NCBI GenBank assembly: GCA_013265495.1
Contig: MU058531.1
Location: 62,001 to 126,000, forward strand
Length of the DNA stretch: 64,000 nt
Origin: Vicugna vicugna
Taxonomy: Eukaryota
Direction: 5' to 3'
Position numbers and translations under genes: made by a program. The notes under the pieces are model-generated. The model was given only the letters and a program-made list of their open reading frames with translations. It did no database searches and was not told the origin of the DNA. This document shows, one piece after another, positions 1 to 12,421 of the stretch. The number at the start of each line of letters is the position of its first letter. Within the stretch, counting starts at the first letter, position 1.

Positions 1-81
1 TATGCACGGGGTCCCTGGGTTCAATCCCCAGTACCCCCATTAAAAGAAAAAAAATATATATATATATAAACCTACCCCCCT
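1..81 (+). mobile_element. tRNA-derived SINE (camelid Vic-1-like), 5' part cut by the window edge
   Basis: ATGCAC-GGGTCCCTGGGTTCAATCCCCAGTACC-CCATT with B box, then A/TA tail and AAACCTACCCCC. Confidence 0.85.
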
Positions 82-1769
82 CCCTACCAAGACTCTATGA
101 AAACTTTCCTTACTCTCCTCCAGGAGAAGGGACCACTCCTCCTTCAAGTGCCGCTTTCCACCCTCACCTGTGGACTTCGGATAGGACCTGGCTCGTGGCT
201 ACTCCTAAAACTGCATTCCCGCCACTCTCCATTGTTTGCTCTAAGCACAGCAGCCTCCTTACAGCTCCTCAAAACCTCCCGTCACATTTTTCAGGAGTGA
301 AAAAAATTTCCCCCGGGTATTATACACGGTGTGTTCTCAAACTTCATTCAACTCTGCTCCAACCTCACCTCCTAAGAGAGGTTGTCCTTGCGCACTCTAA
401 CACAAAAAGTGTCTCCCCTTCTCATTTTCTAAATAGAATGACCTCCCTCTCTAGCCCTCCTACCTCACTTTTTCTCTTTGTAGTACTGACCTAACATTAT
501 ATTATGTAATTAGTAATGTGTCTGTCTTTCCTTCTAAAATATAAGCTCTGTGAGGATGGTCCTTTGTTTTGCTCACTGCTGTAAGTATTTGTGAATGAAT
601 GAATGACACCTGTGATACTTAATTGCACATGTTGGTTTAAGACTTCCCTCCCCCACTGCCTGACAGCAGGGGTTGTATTCTATTCCGCCTAGCCTCCTCA
701 GCTCCTTCCTGGCACAAAATAACTTCTTGATAGTCCTTGTATGATTGAATGATGTCAGGTATAAATTACCTGTGACAATGATTCCCAACAAAGGGACTTT
801 GAATCCATGTATACTACATGAGTTGAAACACAAGTAAATATTTCCACAATCCCCGTATCTGAAACTCGGGACCAGATGTGTTTCAAAATTCAGAATTGTT
901 CCCTACTTAACCCCTAGTAGGGGTAGTACCCTGTAATCAAACACATTAATAGCTTTGCCAGAAAACATGTGTAGAGTATTCCAAAGTGTGATCAGTAATG
1001 TTCAGATGGGTTCCCCACATTCCAGAAGGTTAGAAATCACCAATTTAATGCATTAGTTTAAAAACATCTGGTTTTTTCAGTACAGCAAGCATTCATGAGG
1101 CATTTACCATGTGTCAGCGCTTGTGCTAAGCTCTTTGAAAATGTAGGTAAAAATTACTCTTTGCCGCACGTTATGAGTGAGGAAACTAGGGTTTAGAGAG
1201 AGGGTTAGCCACTTGCCCACAGAGCTTGTCAGTAGCGGAGCTGGATGCAAACTGAACCTGTCCCACAACCAAAAGCCATACTCTGGATCACCTGGCCACC
1301 CTGACTTCACGCAGTTCAAGACAAAAATTCTTTAGTCTTGTCAAGTTTCTTCATGATGTTAAGCCAAATGATTGTAAAAAAATTCAAATGATTGTAAAAA
1401 AACTCCTCAGGCTACAAGTCCCTCATTGTAAAACAAAAAACAAAAACCAAAAAAAAGCTGGCTATAAGTAGCCAACATTTAACTGATATTTGTACAATGG
1501 AATAATTTATTTCCTCAGCTAAACCAATGTTTTAAACATTTGTAATGAGAGATCAAGTGATTCCAGATAATTAAAACAATTATGTGATCACACTAACTTG
1601 CCCTGATTTATTTTGCAGAACCATGATCCAAGAGGCTGCTGTTCCCTGACAGATGAGAGTAGGCTTGATTGAAGAGAACTGTCTGAAAAAAGGCACTATC
1701 CCAGATAATTGTGGATTTTTACACTGATCTTTTTCCAGAACATCTTAGTTGCTTGAACTTTTTTTTTTA

Positions 1770-1925
1770 GCATTTACAAATTATTTATTTATTCACTTTT
1801 GTTTATTTTGAGGGGGAGGTAATTAGGTTTGTTTGTTTCTTTCTTTAATGGAGGTACTGGGGATTGAACCCAGGACCTTCTGCATGCTAAGCATGTACGT
1901 TAACCACTGAGCTATACCCACCCCA
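1770..1925 (-). mobile_element. tRNA-derived SINE (Vic-1-like)
   Basis: Minus strand reads GGGTATAGCTCAGTGGTT...CATGCTTAGCATGCA...CCTGGGTTCAATCCCCAGTACCTCC plus tail; flanked by TGAA(C/T)TTTTTT direct repeats. Confidence 0.9.
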
Positions 1926-2279
1926 CTGAATTTTTTTTAAGCCAGGTGGAAGTTGATCAAATGTACTTGTGACGACCAAATTTTGAAACTCTTTTGGAAT
2001 TATCAAATGTAGTAGTGATCTTTGGGGAATAAGGAATCAATTCTATAAGAAACAAAGCTATATTAAAAAAAAAAACACCCTGCATAGACTACAGCATCAA
2101 CTGAAGACACAGTATTTTGGACCTTACCACACTTAAGTGAATGCCTCATATTATGAAATGCAGAGTAGCAAAAATACAACACACATTCATTTTATGGTAC
2201 AAAAGCAGATAATATGGACATGAAGATTAAGAAATGAAAAATAACATATACACTAAAAAAAATCACAACAGAAACAGGC

Positions 2280-2285
2280 TTTATT
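2280..2285 (-). terminator. Polyadenylation signal AATAAA (likely main site)
   Basis: Minus strand reads AATAAA, then GCCTGTTTCTGTTGTGA, a T run and AGTGTATATGTTATTTTT: hexamer followed by GU-rich and U-rich elements. Confidence 0.65.
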
Positions 2286-2636
2286 TCAACCAGACAAGTG
2301 AATACTTCAATTAACGACAACTTCTTCAAGACTTGAAGATATGGAAATCAAAGATGGTGCCGAGAAGGCAGAGAAGGAAAATTTCATCATGGAGCAATTA
2401 TATTGCCCTTCAAAAATCCCTTTCAACAATATGCTCAATTCAAAAGATTAATTAGTTCCTAATCATTAGATCTCATGTGTTTCAACATTGGTACAAGATT
2501 CTCATTTGAAAGTTACCCATCAGGTAAATATGTTTCAAACAGAAAAAAAAAAGAGATCAGTATCACAATTGTTTTTTTAATTTTAGAAAGTGGGATTGAA
2601 ATAGTTTTCAGCTTAAAATATTTCAAATAAAAAACT

Positions 2637-2642
2637 TTTATT
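2637..2642 (-). terminator. Candidate proximal polyadenylation signal AATAAA
   Basis: TTTATT on the + strand; followed on the minus strand by AGTTTTTTATTTG. Confidence 0.35.
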
Positions 2643-3699
2643 ATTATTTAAGATGCCTTGTTACAAAGCTTCTAGGTACGTACATGTACAAAACACATAG
2701 CTATTACTACATGACACCTCAACCCATGACTTGTCCTGAACCTCCCGATGTGAACAGTTACTCCTCTGGGAGACTTTCCCTTGTAAATTCCAACATCTGG
2801 CACAAAGATTTGCTGCCATTCATATGCTGTGTACGAACGAGGACATTTCATCATTGAACATTTCAATTTAATATAACCTAATATAAAATAAATCCAACAC
2901 AACGTGGTATATTCATAAGGGATGAGACAAAATTGCATATAATTTTCAGCTTTTGCTGGACTTACTAAACTCATGAACACTTTTTCAGAGTTTCTTCTTC
3001 AAGGGCACTTTTGAGAGCTTTAGATCTCATGCTTTACTTTGTCTTGAGTTGGTCAGCACCTTGATTAAAAATGAACAATTACATTAAAGAATGATATTGA
3101 GGGGCACAGGGAGTCGTCCAAGGACAGAAACAGGGGGAAGGATTCTTTTTCTATAAGACATTTAAACAGAAAAAAACAAGACCAAAAAAAAAACCCAGGT
3201 AAACGAACAAACAAAATAGTGTTCACAGTAAAACGTGCCAGATTTGTAGTTTCATTTGAAACCAACAGCAAATCATGAAACGTCATGAAAAATATAAGTA
3301 AAGGTAAAATCTCCTAGAGTAATTACTAAATGAAGTTAAAATTACCACACTGATCAGTAAACCCCAGAAGAAAAATAAACAGCACTTACATTTCAGGTCC
3401 TTCTTAAACATCATACCATTTTTCAAAGTCAATGCATAAAATTGGTAGGTTTGGCTACACTGCACAAATTTTTTTTTAAATGCAGTATACAGAAAAAAAC
3501 TCTTATATTCCCCAATTTGAATCATAAGCTCAAAATCCAAAGTAAAAGATCAGCTAGAAGGATTTTAAAGTATTTACAAATCCAGCAGGTTCATCTTCCA
3601 TAATGGCTTGGCTTCCATCCCACAGTGGCTTTCACCCTTTCCAGCAGCAGAGCTCGGTTCCCTGTTCGCACAGAAGGCTGTTCCATCCATGGCTCATCT

Positions 3700-3759
3700 C
3701 TACTGGTCATCAGACATTTTGAACAGTTCCAGCAGTGCCCCAACAGCTCCAAAGTAACC
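3700..3759 (-). CDS. PANK1: PANK1 exon 7 coding part (GYFGAVGALLELFKMSDDQ*)
   Basis: Acceptor ttgtAG at 3761/3760; 60 nt ending in TAG at 3702-3700. Completes the HEGYFGAVGA motif. Confidence 0.97.
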   Translation of the reverse strand, partial: GYFGAVGALLELFKMSDDQ

Positions 3760-3928
3760 CTACAACAACAAGGGGAAAACTTCTGTATGATTCTTCCTGA
3801 ACCTTAGCCAAATTCCTATTGTTTTTCTTTTCTTTTCTTTTCTTTTTTTTTAACAATTCTAGGAATGTTGCCCCCTACTGCTGTAGATAAGGGAAATTTA
3901 AAACCTGAACTCTGCCAAGAAACATGAT

Positions 3929-3965
3929 ATAATAATAATAATGATAATGATAATAATAATAATAA
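3929..3965. repeat. (AAT/GAT)n trinucleotide microsatellite in intron 6
   Basis: ATAATAATAATAATGATAATGATAATAATAATAATAA. Confidence 0.9.
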
Positions 3966-5158
3966 GAGCATGTATTGGATATCTACCTGTTTATACACAT
4001 TAAATAAGTAAACTGATGTAAAGGGCTTATAAAAATGTCTGGCACCATAGTGTGTGCTACATCAGTGCTGGGTCTTTTTAGTAGCATGATTAGTTCATCT
4101 GAATCCTTGTCATGGCAAAATTCGCATTATTACCCCCATTCCACAGATGAGAAATAGAAGGTAATAAAGTGAATGACTCTTTCATGGTCATATGACTTAG
4201 GCCAGGGCTCAATCCCAAATCTCTGTGACTTCAAAGGTGTACTGTCTCACTGTAAGCGTCTCTCAGTAGATCTTGGGAAGGTATCTAAATCAGTCCAAGC
4301 AACATTTTGCTCATCTGTAAAAGAAAACCCCAAGTATCTGTGAAAATGAAAGAAATCGAAAAATAGAAATTTTTAGAGAACCTGGTTTCCAAAAGGTAGG
4401 AGACTCTGCTCCTCTGCTATCTGCCTGATATACCAGTTAGTTACTGCAGAAATCGGTGGCAGATGTCAGAACACCCCATGGCAGGACCTTTGCCTCCACC
4501 GCCACCAGCTAACATTTATCGAGCGCTCTCGCTATATGCCAGAAATTGTTCTAAGCACTTAACGTGGATACTCAATCTTCACACAATAACTTTATGAGAC
4601 AAATACTCCTGTCACCCCATTTTACAAACACAGACAGAAATGGAGAGGTAGAGTCACTGCCTAGGGTCTCCAAGTCGGTGAGAGGCTGTGCTCTGAACGG
4701 CGTGGCTAGCCGCCTTCTCTTAGAGATGCTCACTCGGACAAGCTGAATGAATGAGAGACTGAGTGAGTGCTGACTCCGAGGCAGGGCAGGAAAGCCGCCT
4801 CACCAACCCTCTCAAAAGTTCTCTCTGCATAATATCCTCCAGTACGACCTGCCCGAGCCAGAGTGAACCTATGCATGCCAATAATTCTCTGAGAAATATT
4901 TACAAGGAGATATAAAAATGCTCCACTGTCACTGGCCACAGAGACTGAGTTATGATCCAAACCAAAGCCATTACCCAGAGACCTAAGCTTGTACAAAGTG
5001 ATATGCATTTGTACCCAGAGAACTGGGTTTCCCTCAAACATTGGATCTCATCCCATATCTTACCATCAATGAACTACCTGGGTGCCCTTGTAGATGGCTT
5101 TGAATCCCTGATGGCTTCCAGGATTTGTTTTCTGCCTTAGTCCAAGAAGCTCTAAGCT

Positions 5159-5239
5159 TAGGGTTGCCAAATAAAACACAAATAAATGTCAGGTAGAATA
5201 ACTGTCCTGTATTTTGAATTGCTAAATCTGGCAGCACTA
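5159..5239. mobile_element. MER53-like MITE remnant
   Basis: Imperfect inverted termini TAGGGTTGCCA ... TGGCAGCACTA. Confidence 0.6.
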
Positions 5240-5756
5240 GATGGACTAGAAGAGTGGTTTCTTTTTTCATTTTAATGGTTTTTTTTTCCCAACAAAATCT
5301 TACAAGGAAAATCGATAAATAAGCAGATAAAAAGGGAGCTGCTCTGGTTGGGGGAGGGGGAGTGAAAATTCTGAGACTCTGTTGCCCTTACCCCCTACAA
5401 AAACGTTACAGCACTTCGTACCTTGGCCTGCTTAAAAAAACAAAACCAAAAACTTTCTTTTGTATTAATTTCTATCACTGAGCTTTAAAACTATTTAGTA
5501 TTTAACTTCCTATTGTTTTATGTGCTTTGATAAAAACAAAAAATAAGTTTAGAGAGCTCTAAATAACTTATAAATGCATCGGCAACTTTTCAAATGAATA
5601 ATTTAGTTTGGAGATGAGAAAAATGCCACAGTAGTTATTCATTACAATTGAAATTTATGATACTAGTTTTCCCAATGTTCTGTCTGCTGCAATACACTCA
5701 AGGCATTAAGTACCTCCTGTGATAAACAGTTACTACTCTCTATAGCATTGATTTTA

Positions 5757-6604
5757 TTTATTTTTATTTAAAAAAATTTTTATTGAAGTATAATTGGTTT
5801 ACAACATTGTGTTAATTTCTGGTGTACAACATAGTGATTCAGTTATACATATATACACACACATATTTCTTTTCATATTCTTTTTCATTGTAAGGTATTA
5901 TAAGGTATTGAATATAGTTCCCTGTGCTGTACAGTAGGACCTTGCTGTTTATCTATTGCATGTAAAGTAGTATCTGCAAATCCCAAACTTCCAATTGATC
6001 CCTCCACCCGCCCTCCCCTTTTCCCTGCTGGTAAACCAGAAGTTTGCTTCCTATGTCTGTGAGTCTGTTTCTGTTTGGTAAATAAGTTCATTTGTGTCAT
6101 TTTTTAAAGATCCCACATATAAATGATATCATATGGTATGTTTCTTTCTCTTTCTGGCTTACTTCCCTCTAGATACATGCCCAGGAGTGGGATTGCTAGA
6201 TCATAGGGTAAATCTATTTTTAATTTTTTACAGAATCTCCATACTGTTTTCTATAATGGTTGCACCAAACTACATTTCCACCAGCAATGTAGGAGGGTCC
6301 CCTTTTCTCCACAGCCTCTCCAGCATTTATTATTTGCAGACTTTTTAATGATGGCCATTCTGACTGGTGTGAGGTGATACCTCATTGTAGTTTTGATTTG
6401 CATTTTTCTAACAGTTAGTGATACTGAGCATTTTCTCATGTGCCTATTGGCCTTCTTTGGAGAATGTCTTCATTGTCTTCAATGGAGAAATGTTTGTTTA
6501 GCTCTTCCACCCATTTATTGATTGGGTTGTTTGTTTTTTTGTTATTGAGTTGTATGAGCTATTTGTATATTCTGGAAATTAAGCCCTTGTCAGTCACATC
6601 GTTT
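5757..6604 (-). mobile_element. 5'-truncated L1 (ORF2 C-terminus plus 3' UTR)
   Basis: ORF 6251-6439 gives the L1 ORF2 C-terminal motif [41 protein letters not shown]-rich tail at about 5760; degenerate 16-bp TSD at 5741-5756 and 6605-6620. Confidence 0.92.
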
Positions 6605-7004
6605 TATAGAATTAATTTTAAACGGGGATAGAGGAGGTGGGAAGAGAGGAGGACCCCTCACTCACTCTTAGAAAACCTCCGATTTGTATTAGTGTAGAAA
6701 CTGGATATAAGGGACTCTCTGAATTAGGCGAGCTCCCTAGTTCTCTTTAGGAAGGCTGGCTCACGTTTAGGCACACCAGCCTCTCAAGGCCACTGGCCTA
6801 CTCTTAGTAGCCCAAGCAAGTCGATTCTCACCAGCTGGGTTGTTTACTTGCCAAGAGTCAGCTGTGTTTCTCCTCAAATTTGTTTATGACAGTTGTATTA
6901 TTAATGTAATCATCTGATTTAATTATATGCCACCTAAACCAATACAAAGAGTACAAAATGAATGGTCACTTCTGTGAAAATCCAGTTGAATTCTTGAAGA
7001 AGAT

Positions 7005-7230
7005 GAAAATGGTAGTTAACAATAGTGAAAGTTGCTAGGAGAGTAAATCTTAAGTTTTCATCATAAGGAAAAAAAAATCTTTGTATCAGTATGTGGTGGT
7101 GGATGATAACTAAACTTATTATGATAATCATTTTACAATATATACACATATCAAATCATTATATTGTGTACCTTAAACTTACACAATGTTGTATGTCAAC
7201 TATATCTCAATAAAATTGGGGGAAAAAATG
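7005..7230 (+). mobile_element. L1 3' UTR fragment (L1MA/MB-like)
   Basis: Typical end ...ATCAAATCATTATATTGTGTACCTTAAACTTACACAATGTTGTATGTCAACTATATCTCAATAAA. Confidence 0.75.
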
Positions 7231-7759
7231 AAACAAAGCTTGGAAAAGGTAATCACAAACCACTGCTGTCTATTTAGGTGCACAATGAATATGAAAGATT
7301 GGGGGGGAAGTCTAGGATTCTGCAACTGAACTGATTCATAAGTATCTTTAATTTCTTGATCCACTTTCAAGAAACAAACAAGAAAACAAAGAAGGTACCT
7401 AATACTTGTGCATTATGGGGGAGCGGGGGACAGTTACAAGCTCTGACTGGCAGAACCCTTGCTCAGAAATAGGCCTTGGTCTTACATCAAAAAATTGGTG
7501 AATGAATGAACATTTATACATTTTGTATTAAAACAGAATGGTGAAAGTAGGGAGATACTTTTTAATGATTATCCATTTTAACTGATTTAAAAAAAAATTA
7601 ACCAACGACTACTCCTGACTGTTGGATAAGACAGTTTTCATTTTATATATTGTTCTTCCTTACCTTTTGCAGAAATGCAAATGAAGGCACCTGCCCATCC
7701 CTTAGACAACCCAAAAAACTTCCATGTAGGAAAATTAAGTCCATGTGAGCCCAACCTAC

Positions 7760-7885
7760 CTCATGTTCCAAAAACAGAGCTTTCAGCTGTCCTTTGGACC
7801 AAAAATCCATGGCATATGCTAGCAGCTTCATGGAGACCATATTGATTCTGAGAAAATTCCCAACAAACACAACTCTGTCAATATT
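7760..7885 (-). CDS. PANK1: PANK1 exon 6 ([13 protein letters not shown]...KALFLEHE)
   Basis: Polypyrimidine tract plus ttccAG acceptor, donor GAG|GTAGGT; 126 nt, phase 0-0. Confidence 0.98.
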
Positions 7886-9039
7886 CTGGAAAAAAATAAG
7901 AGAAAAGGGAAACAGTTGAACCATGGCATAAAAATAGCATTTAGCAACGACCCAATGTTCTGTACATCATTGTACTCCAGGATCTTGCAGAGTGAATTTC
8001 TTTTTTTAAGTGGAATTATTTCAGGATTTCCAAGATGAAGCCAAACAAACCTCACAGTGCGTTCCACAAGAACACAAGGGTGAGACTCTGCTTGGGTGAG
8101 GCAGACTGACACTGGGCTTGTTTACAGGTAATATGTTAGGCTGCCTTAGGTCTGACAAGAAATTCAGCTCTCAACATTCATATGTAAACTTGCAACTGGA
8201 GTTCAAGTTCAGCTAAATTTGCTTGTGCAATCCCCCAAACTTCCATCTATAAAACAGTATTATTTACAACTCATAAATAAAATGGCTAAGGTATGGGTTA
8301 TTTAGCTAACGAGTTTGGTCAGGCTGCTCTGTGCTAATCACTGGGAAACCAAAAAAGAAACAATACCCAGTCTCTACCTTTAGGATACATGGTGAACTAT
8401 CCTGTTAGGTCAAAATGTGGGTTATAATACGATAACGAAGAATGTATTTCAGTTTTTGTTGTCATGGATACAGATATGCATTCTGAACACACACGTCACA
8501 CTGAGCTCAGCTGGTCCACCACACAGAGGCTGCTCACCATGCACTCACTCACAGAGCCAGTTGCTGTGGTCACTCATATCAAAGGGAGGAGAGTCTTAGA
8601 AGCTGGCATTATTTACTGTTCAGTCTATCAAGAGTAATCAGGGTCTGGGAACATCGCCCTTTAACTGTCTCAAGTTTTAACAATGCATCATTAACCACTG
8701 TGAACATTTTCGGGGGGTAGAAGGGTGGGAGGCAGTTTTAATAAGCTTCCACAAATAACAACTGTAGCCACAAACTGCCCAGACTAAGAAGGGGCAGGGA
8801 ATACTCAAAAGAAGAAACAGATTAAAGAGGAATTTAATTAAAATTAGGAGTTTCACCTTTTCCCTCAAAACAAGGGCATCTGAGATATGTCTTGTTCAAA
8901 GCCTCAGTCCTGCACTTCTCTGGTGGAAGGCCAGAAGAAATAGAAATGGCATTAAAAGCTAATGGATATTCCTCATTTTAAATAAATTCCAGGTGGGTCT
9001 AAGATATAAATGTTAAAAAAAAAAAAAAGGTAAGAGAGA

Positions 9040-10290
9040 CTAGAAGTAAACATGAAAGACTTCCTTTTAAAAATAATGTTGAAGAAGAAAAGATACAACA
9101 CTCAGAATCCATTAAAAAAAAGACTGCTATATTTACTTCAAAAATCACGTATTTATTCAGGGGGGAAAACATCACCATGAACAAATCCAAATGGAAAGCA
9201 ATAAGCATAAAAAATAGTTTCAGTACCTATCAATAGGATGGATTAGTTACCTACAAATCAATAAGGAAAAAGACCAACAATGTAATAGAAAAAAAATGGG
9301 TGAACAGTATGGATAGTTCACACACCCACAAAAGGGGAAGTGCTGATGGCTATTAAATAGATGGAAAATACTCAGCCCCACTTATAAGAAGAAAGATACA
9401 AATTAAAACCAGGCAGCATTTCTTACCTATGAAATTGAAACAGATCAAAAAGTTTGACAGCTGTCTGAGGGAAACTTGTACACTTTGCTGGTGGGAATAT
9501 AAATTAGACCCATCTCTGTGGAGGGGATTTATGTCAAAGTTACAATCAGCATATGCTTTGCCTCAGCAATTTCCATTCTAGGAATATATCCTATAGATAT
9601 ACCCAGATGTATATGAAATGATATAAAATGTTTTCCAAATATATATACATATATATATATACAGACTATATATATATACACACACTATGTATATATATAT
9701 ATAAAATATACTACAGATTTTAAATAATAGCAAAAGTCTAGATAATGCTCTCTATCAGTAGGAAATTGATCAAATCAAGAATAGCATATCTACATTAGGA
9801 TACTATACAGCCATTAAAAACTAAGCAGTTCTAAATATACCCACATGAATAAGCTCAAGATGAATTATCATGTACAAAAGCAAAAAGCAGTATTTCCAAA
9901 AGTGCATATTGAAGTATGTAGGGTAAACTGACACAATGTCTGGGGTGCCTTTCAAATATTTCAGCACAAGAGGGAGAAAAAGGAAGAGGAGGAGGAAGAA
10001 ACCAGAGCATGTGCGGCGGTCTTGCTAACTGCTGGGTCAGGGCTGATGGTTACATGGGGATTCTTTGTACTCTTCTCTCTCCATGATGTATGTTCACCAA
10101 TTTCCTAACAAAAAGTTGACAAACAAACAAGCAAAGCAAGATGTAAAATAGTATGTAGAGCGTGAACTGTAGGACATGTGATTCTATCTCAGTAAAACTC
10201 TTGTTTAGACGTTGTAAACTGACAACACTTCAATGAAAAACAAAAATTTAAAAAAACCCAAAAAACCTGTTGTTTAGAAAAAGAATTTAT
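9040..10290 (+). mobile_element. Old, fragmented L1 (L1MC/ME-like) with internal TA microsatellite
   Basis: Degenerate ORF2-end and 3' UTR motifs (CAGCAATTTCCATTCTAGGAATATATCC, TACTATACAGCCATTAAAAA); boundaries approximate. Confidence 0.6.
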
Positions 10291-11862
10291 ATGGAGTTTG
10301 GTACCTTTGGAAGGATATGTTTATCCTATCTTGCAGGCAATATAGAGTGAAAACAAAACAAAACAAAAAACCTAAAAACAATGGCTGCCTCTAGTGAGGT
10401 TAAAATTGAGGGAGCAGGTGGAAATGGTGACTCCTCTGCAGACCCTCCTTCTGGTGTCTTCAGGGCTCTGTATTATGCGTTTGTACTTTCTATTCAAAAA
10501 AAGGAACAACAAAGTTATTTTTAAGTTGATGGAGAAGCATTTCATAGCATTCCAATAATGACAGAAAAAGATTTTAGATTCAGGAAATGTGGTGTCTCTC
10601 TATGGCTGGAATCAAAGCTTCTCCAATCAGTGACCCCAGGGAGCAAAGCAATGGCTTAAGAACCTATGTCACGTCTCACGGGGGAGCGTGACGCTGCCAG
10701 CTGCTCGTGCGGCCACAGGGAGCCTGTGCTGGCACGATGCCAGCTGACCGAGCCCTTGCCCCGGGCGATCCGTGATTCCCCTCACTCATTCAACGCCACA
10801 GAAACTAAAACAGTTCCTCCAACAAGCATGTAACCTGGCTACACTTTCAAACAGCCATTTTTGCTATACTCCAACAATAAATGGCATTGAAATTGAAATA
10901 AAAAGTGAAAAATAAAATCAGTTGCCCTCTCCCTAAAGTGATTAAGACACCTATAAAAAGACCTGCTGGCTTCCTCAGCCTCTGTGGAAAGCAGGGGAAA
11001 GGGCATCCATTGCTCTGTGGGGCAGGAGGCAGCACATTCAAGGAGGACTTTGAGAGTCCACGAGTACAGCCAACTGCACACGTGCTGGTCTTAGGGTTTG
11101 TTTGGCTACTTGGAAAAACTCTTTAGAGGTTGAAGTCAAAAAACAAATGCTCTGTTAAAATGGGTCTCATGACCACAGTGGACTTTGAGATGGCATGTCT
11201 CTGGAATACATTCTTTCACCCAAATGCCAGCCTCGTGTTTAAACTCCAGCTGAAACGGGGACTTACAAAAAGTATGACCCTGATCCATGGGCCAGTGACA
11301 AATTCTGTTCAGTACTGTGAAAGGAGGGTGTCTCTCTTGTAATCCCAGCCAGCGTTCAAAGGCAGGGCTGTCATCCACCTGCAGTAAAGACTGCCTCAGA
11401 TCTTGTTTAACACGCCACTATGCAACCAGAAAGGGGGCTGGAAAGGGCTTCTGCAGGACCTGTAATGTTGCTTCTTGATCTGAGTGGTGGCTACACAGGT
11501 GTGTGTGTGCGAGTGAAAATTCATCAGGCTGTACACTTGTGATTTGAACCCTCTTTCGTATGTATGTCATATTTCTATTAAAATTTGTATTTTAAAACTA
11601 TTACTGGAGCATTATTACCGATGACTCTTTAATACTTCTCCTATTATCTATTCCTTGCTCCGACTCCTCTTTCTTGTCTTCCTAACACAGCTCAGTGAGA
11701 GCTGGTCTATTTGACTTGTTTCATATTTCAGAAAAGGGTTCTATTCTTTCCAAAGGAATTCTGCAATGTTTTAAAACCTGTTACCAAAGCTTTGTCTGTC
11801 ACCAGCTCCGCCCCTTCTCGTGCCTGGGGCTCTGCCTGGCTGGCCTCGGCTGCAGCAAGCTC

Positions 11863-11943
11863 TCTGTGCTTTGATAGCCCTGTACAATGCTGCTTGAACT
11901 CCATGCCACAAGGCAACACTGTAAAGAAGCTGAAAGCAGAGAG
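11863..11943 (-). ncRNA. MIR107: miR-107 precursor hairpin in PANK1 intron 5; mature 3p at 11872-11894 (AGCAGCAUUGUACAGGGCUAUCA)
   Basis: The reverse complement matches the recalled mammalian miR-107 stem-loop CUCUCUGCUUUCAGCUUCUUUACAGUGUUGCCUUGUGGCAUGGAGUUCAAGCAGCAUUGUACAGGGCUAUCAAAGCACAGA, and the arms pair. miR-103/107 genes are known to sit in PANK introns. Confidence 0.98.
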
Positions 11944-12274
11944 AAAAATCACATATCGCAAGTGGAATCGTTTACCTGCAACTATTGGGCAGGAGGCACT
12001 TCAATAAGTGCGTGTCCATGAGGCTGGAGAGGCTCCGGCATAGATGGCAATTTTTACCATGCTTCCATGGTTAGATGGTTTTGTTCTCATCCAGTGCCTA
12101 CTTAAAAGGCAAACACATACTCCTCTCACTCCCCCAACACACACCCTTCACATGCTACAAGGTGTGACTCCATTGGAGGGCAGGTTTCCCAAGGATCCGG
12201 AGTTTTGTGAGGGTCAACAGTGACTGCACTGCCAAAGACGATGTTTATGAATGATACACGGCTTTCCCTGGTTA

Positions 12275-12421
<147 letters not shown>

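Larger units (their letters stand above)
2260..3699 (-). other. PANK1: PANK1 3' UTR (approximate end)
   Basis: AT-rich sequence with no recognisable interspersed repeats follows the stop and runs to AATAAA at 2285-2280, which has a GU/U-rich downstream element. The end is inferred. Confidence 0.65.

Noticed and set aside
1365..1402. Short direct repeat CAAATGATTGTAAAAAAA x2
   Set aside because: Simple slippage-type microduplication; two copies only, no spacer array, not CRISPR-like.
3644..3649. miR-107 seed match in the PANK1 3' UTR (autoregulation)
   Set aside because: Only a 6-mer (UGCUGC) without a position-8 match or A1; too weak to support.
11711..12007. ORFs overlapping the miR-107 hairpin (possible miPEP)
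   Set aside because: They begin at non-ATG codons, have no splice support and no recognisable similarity.
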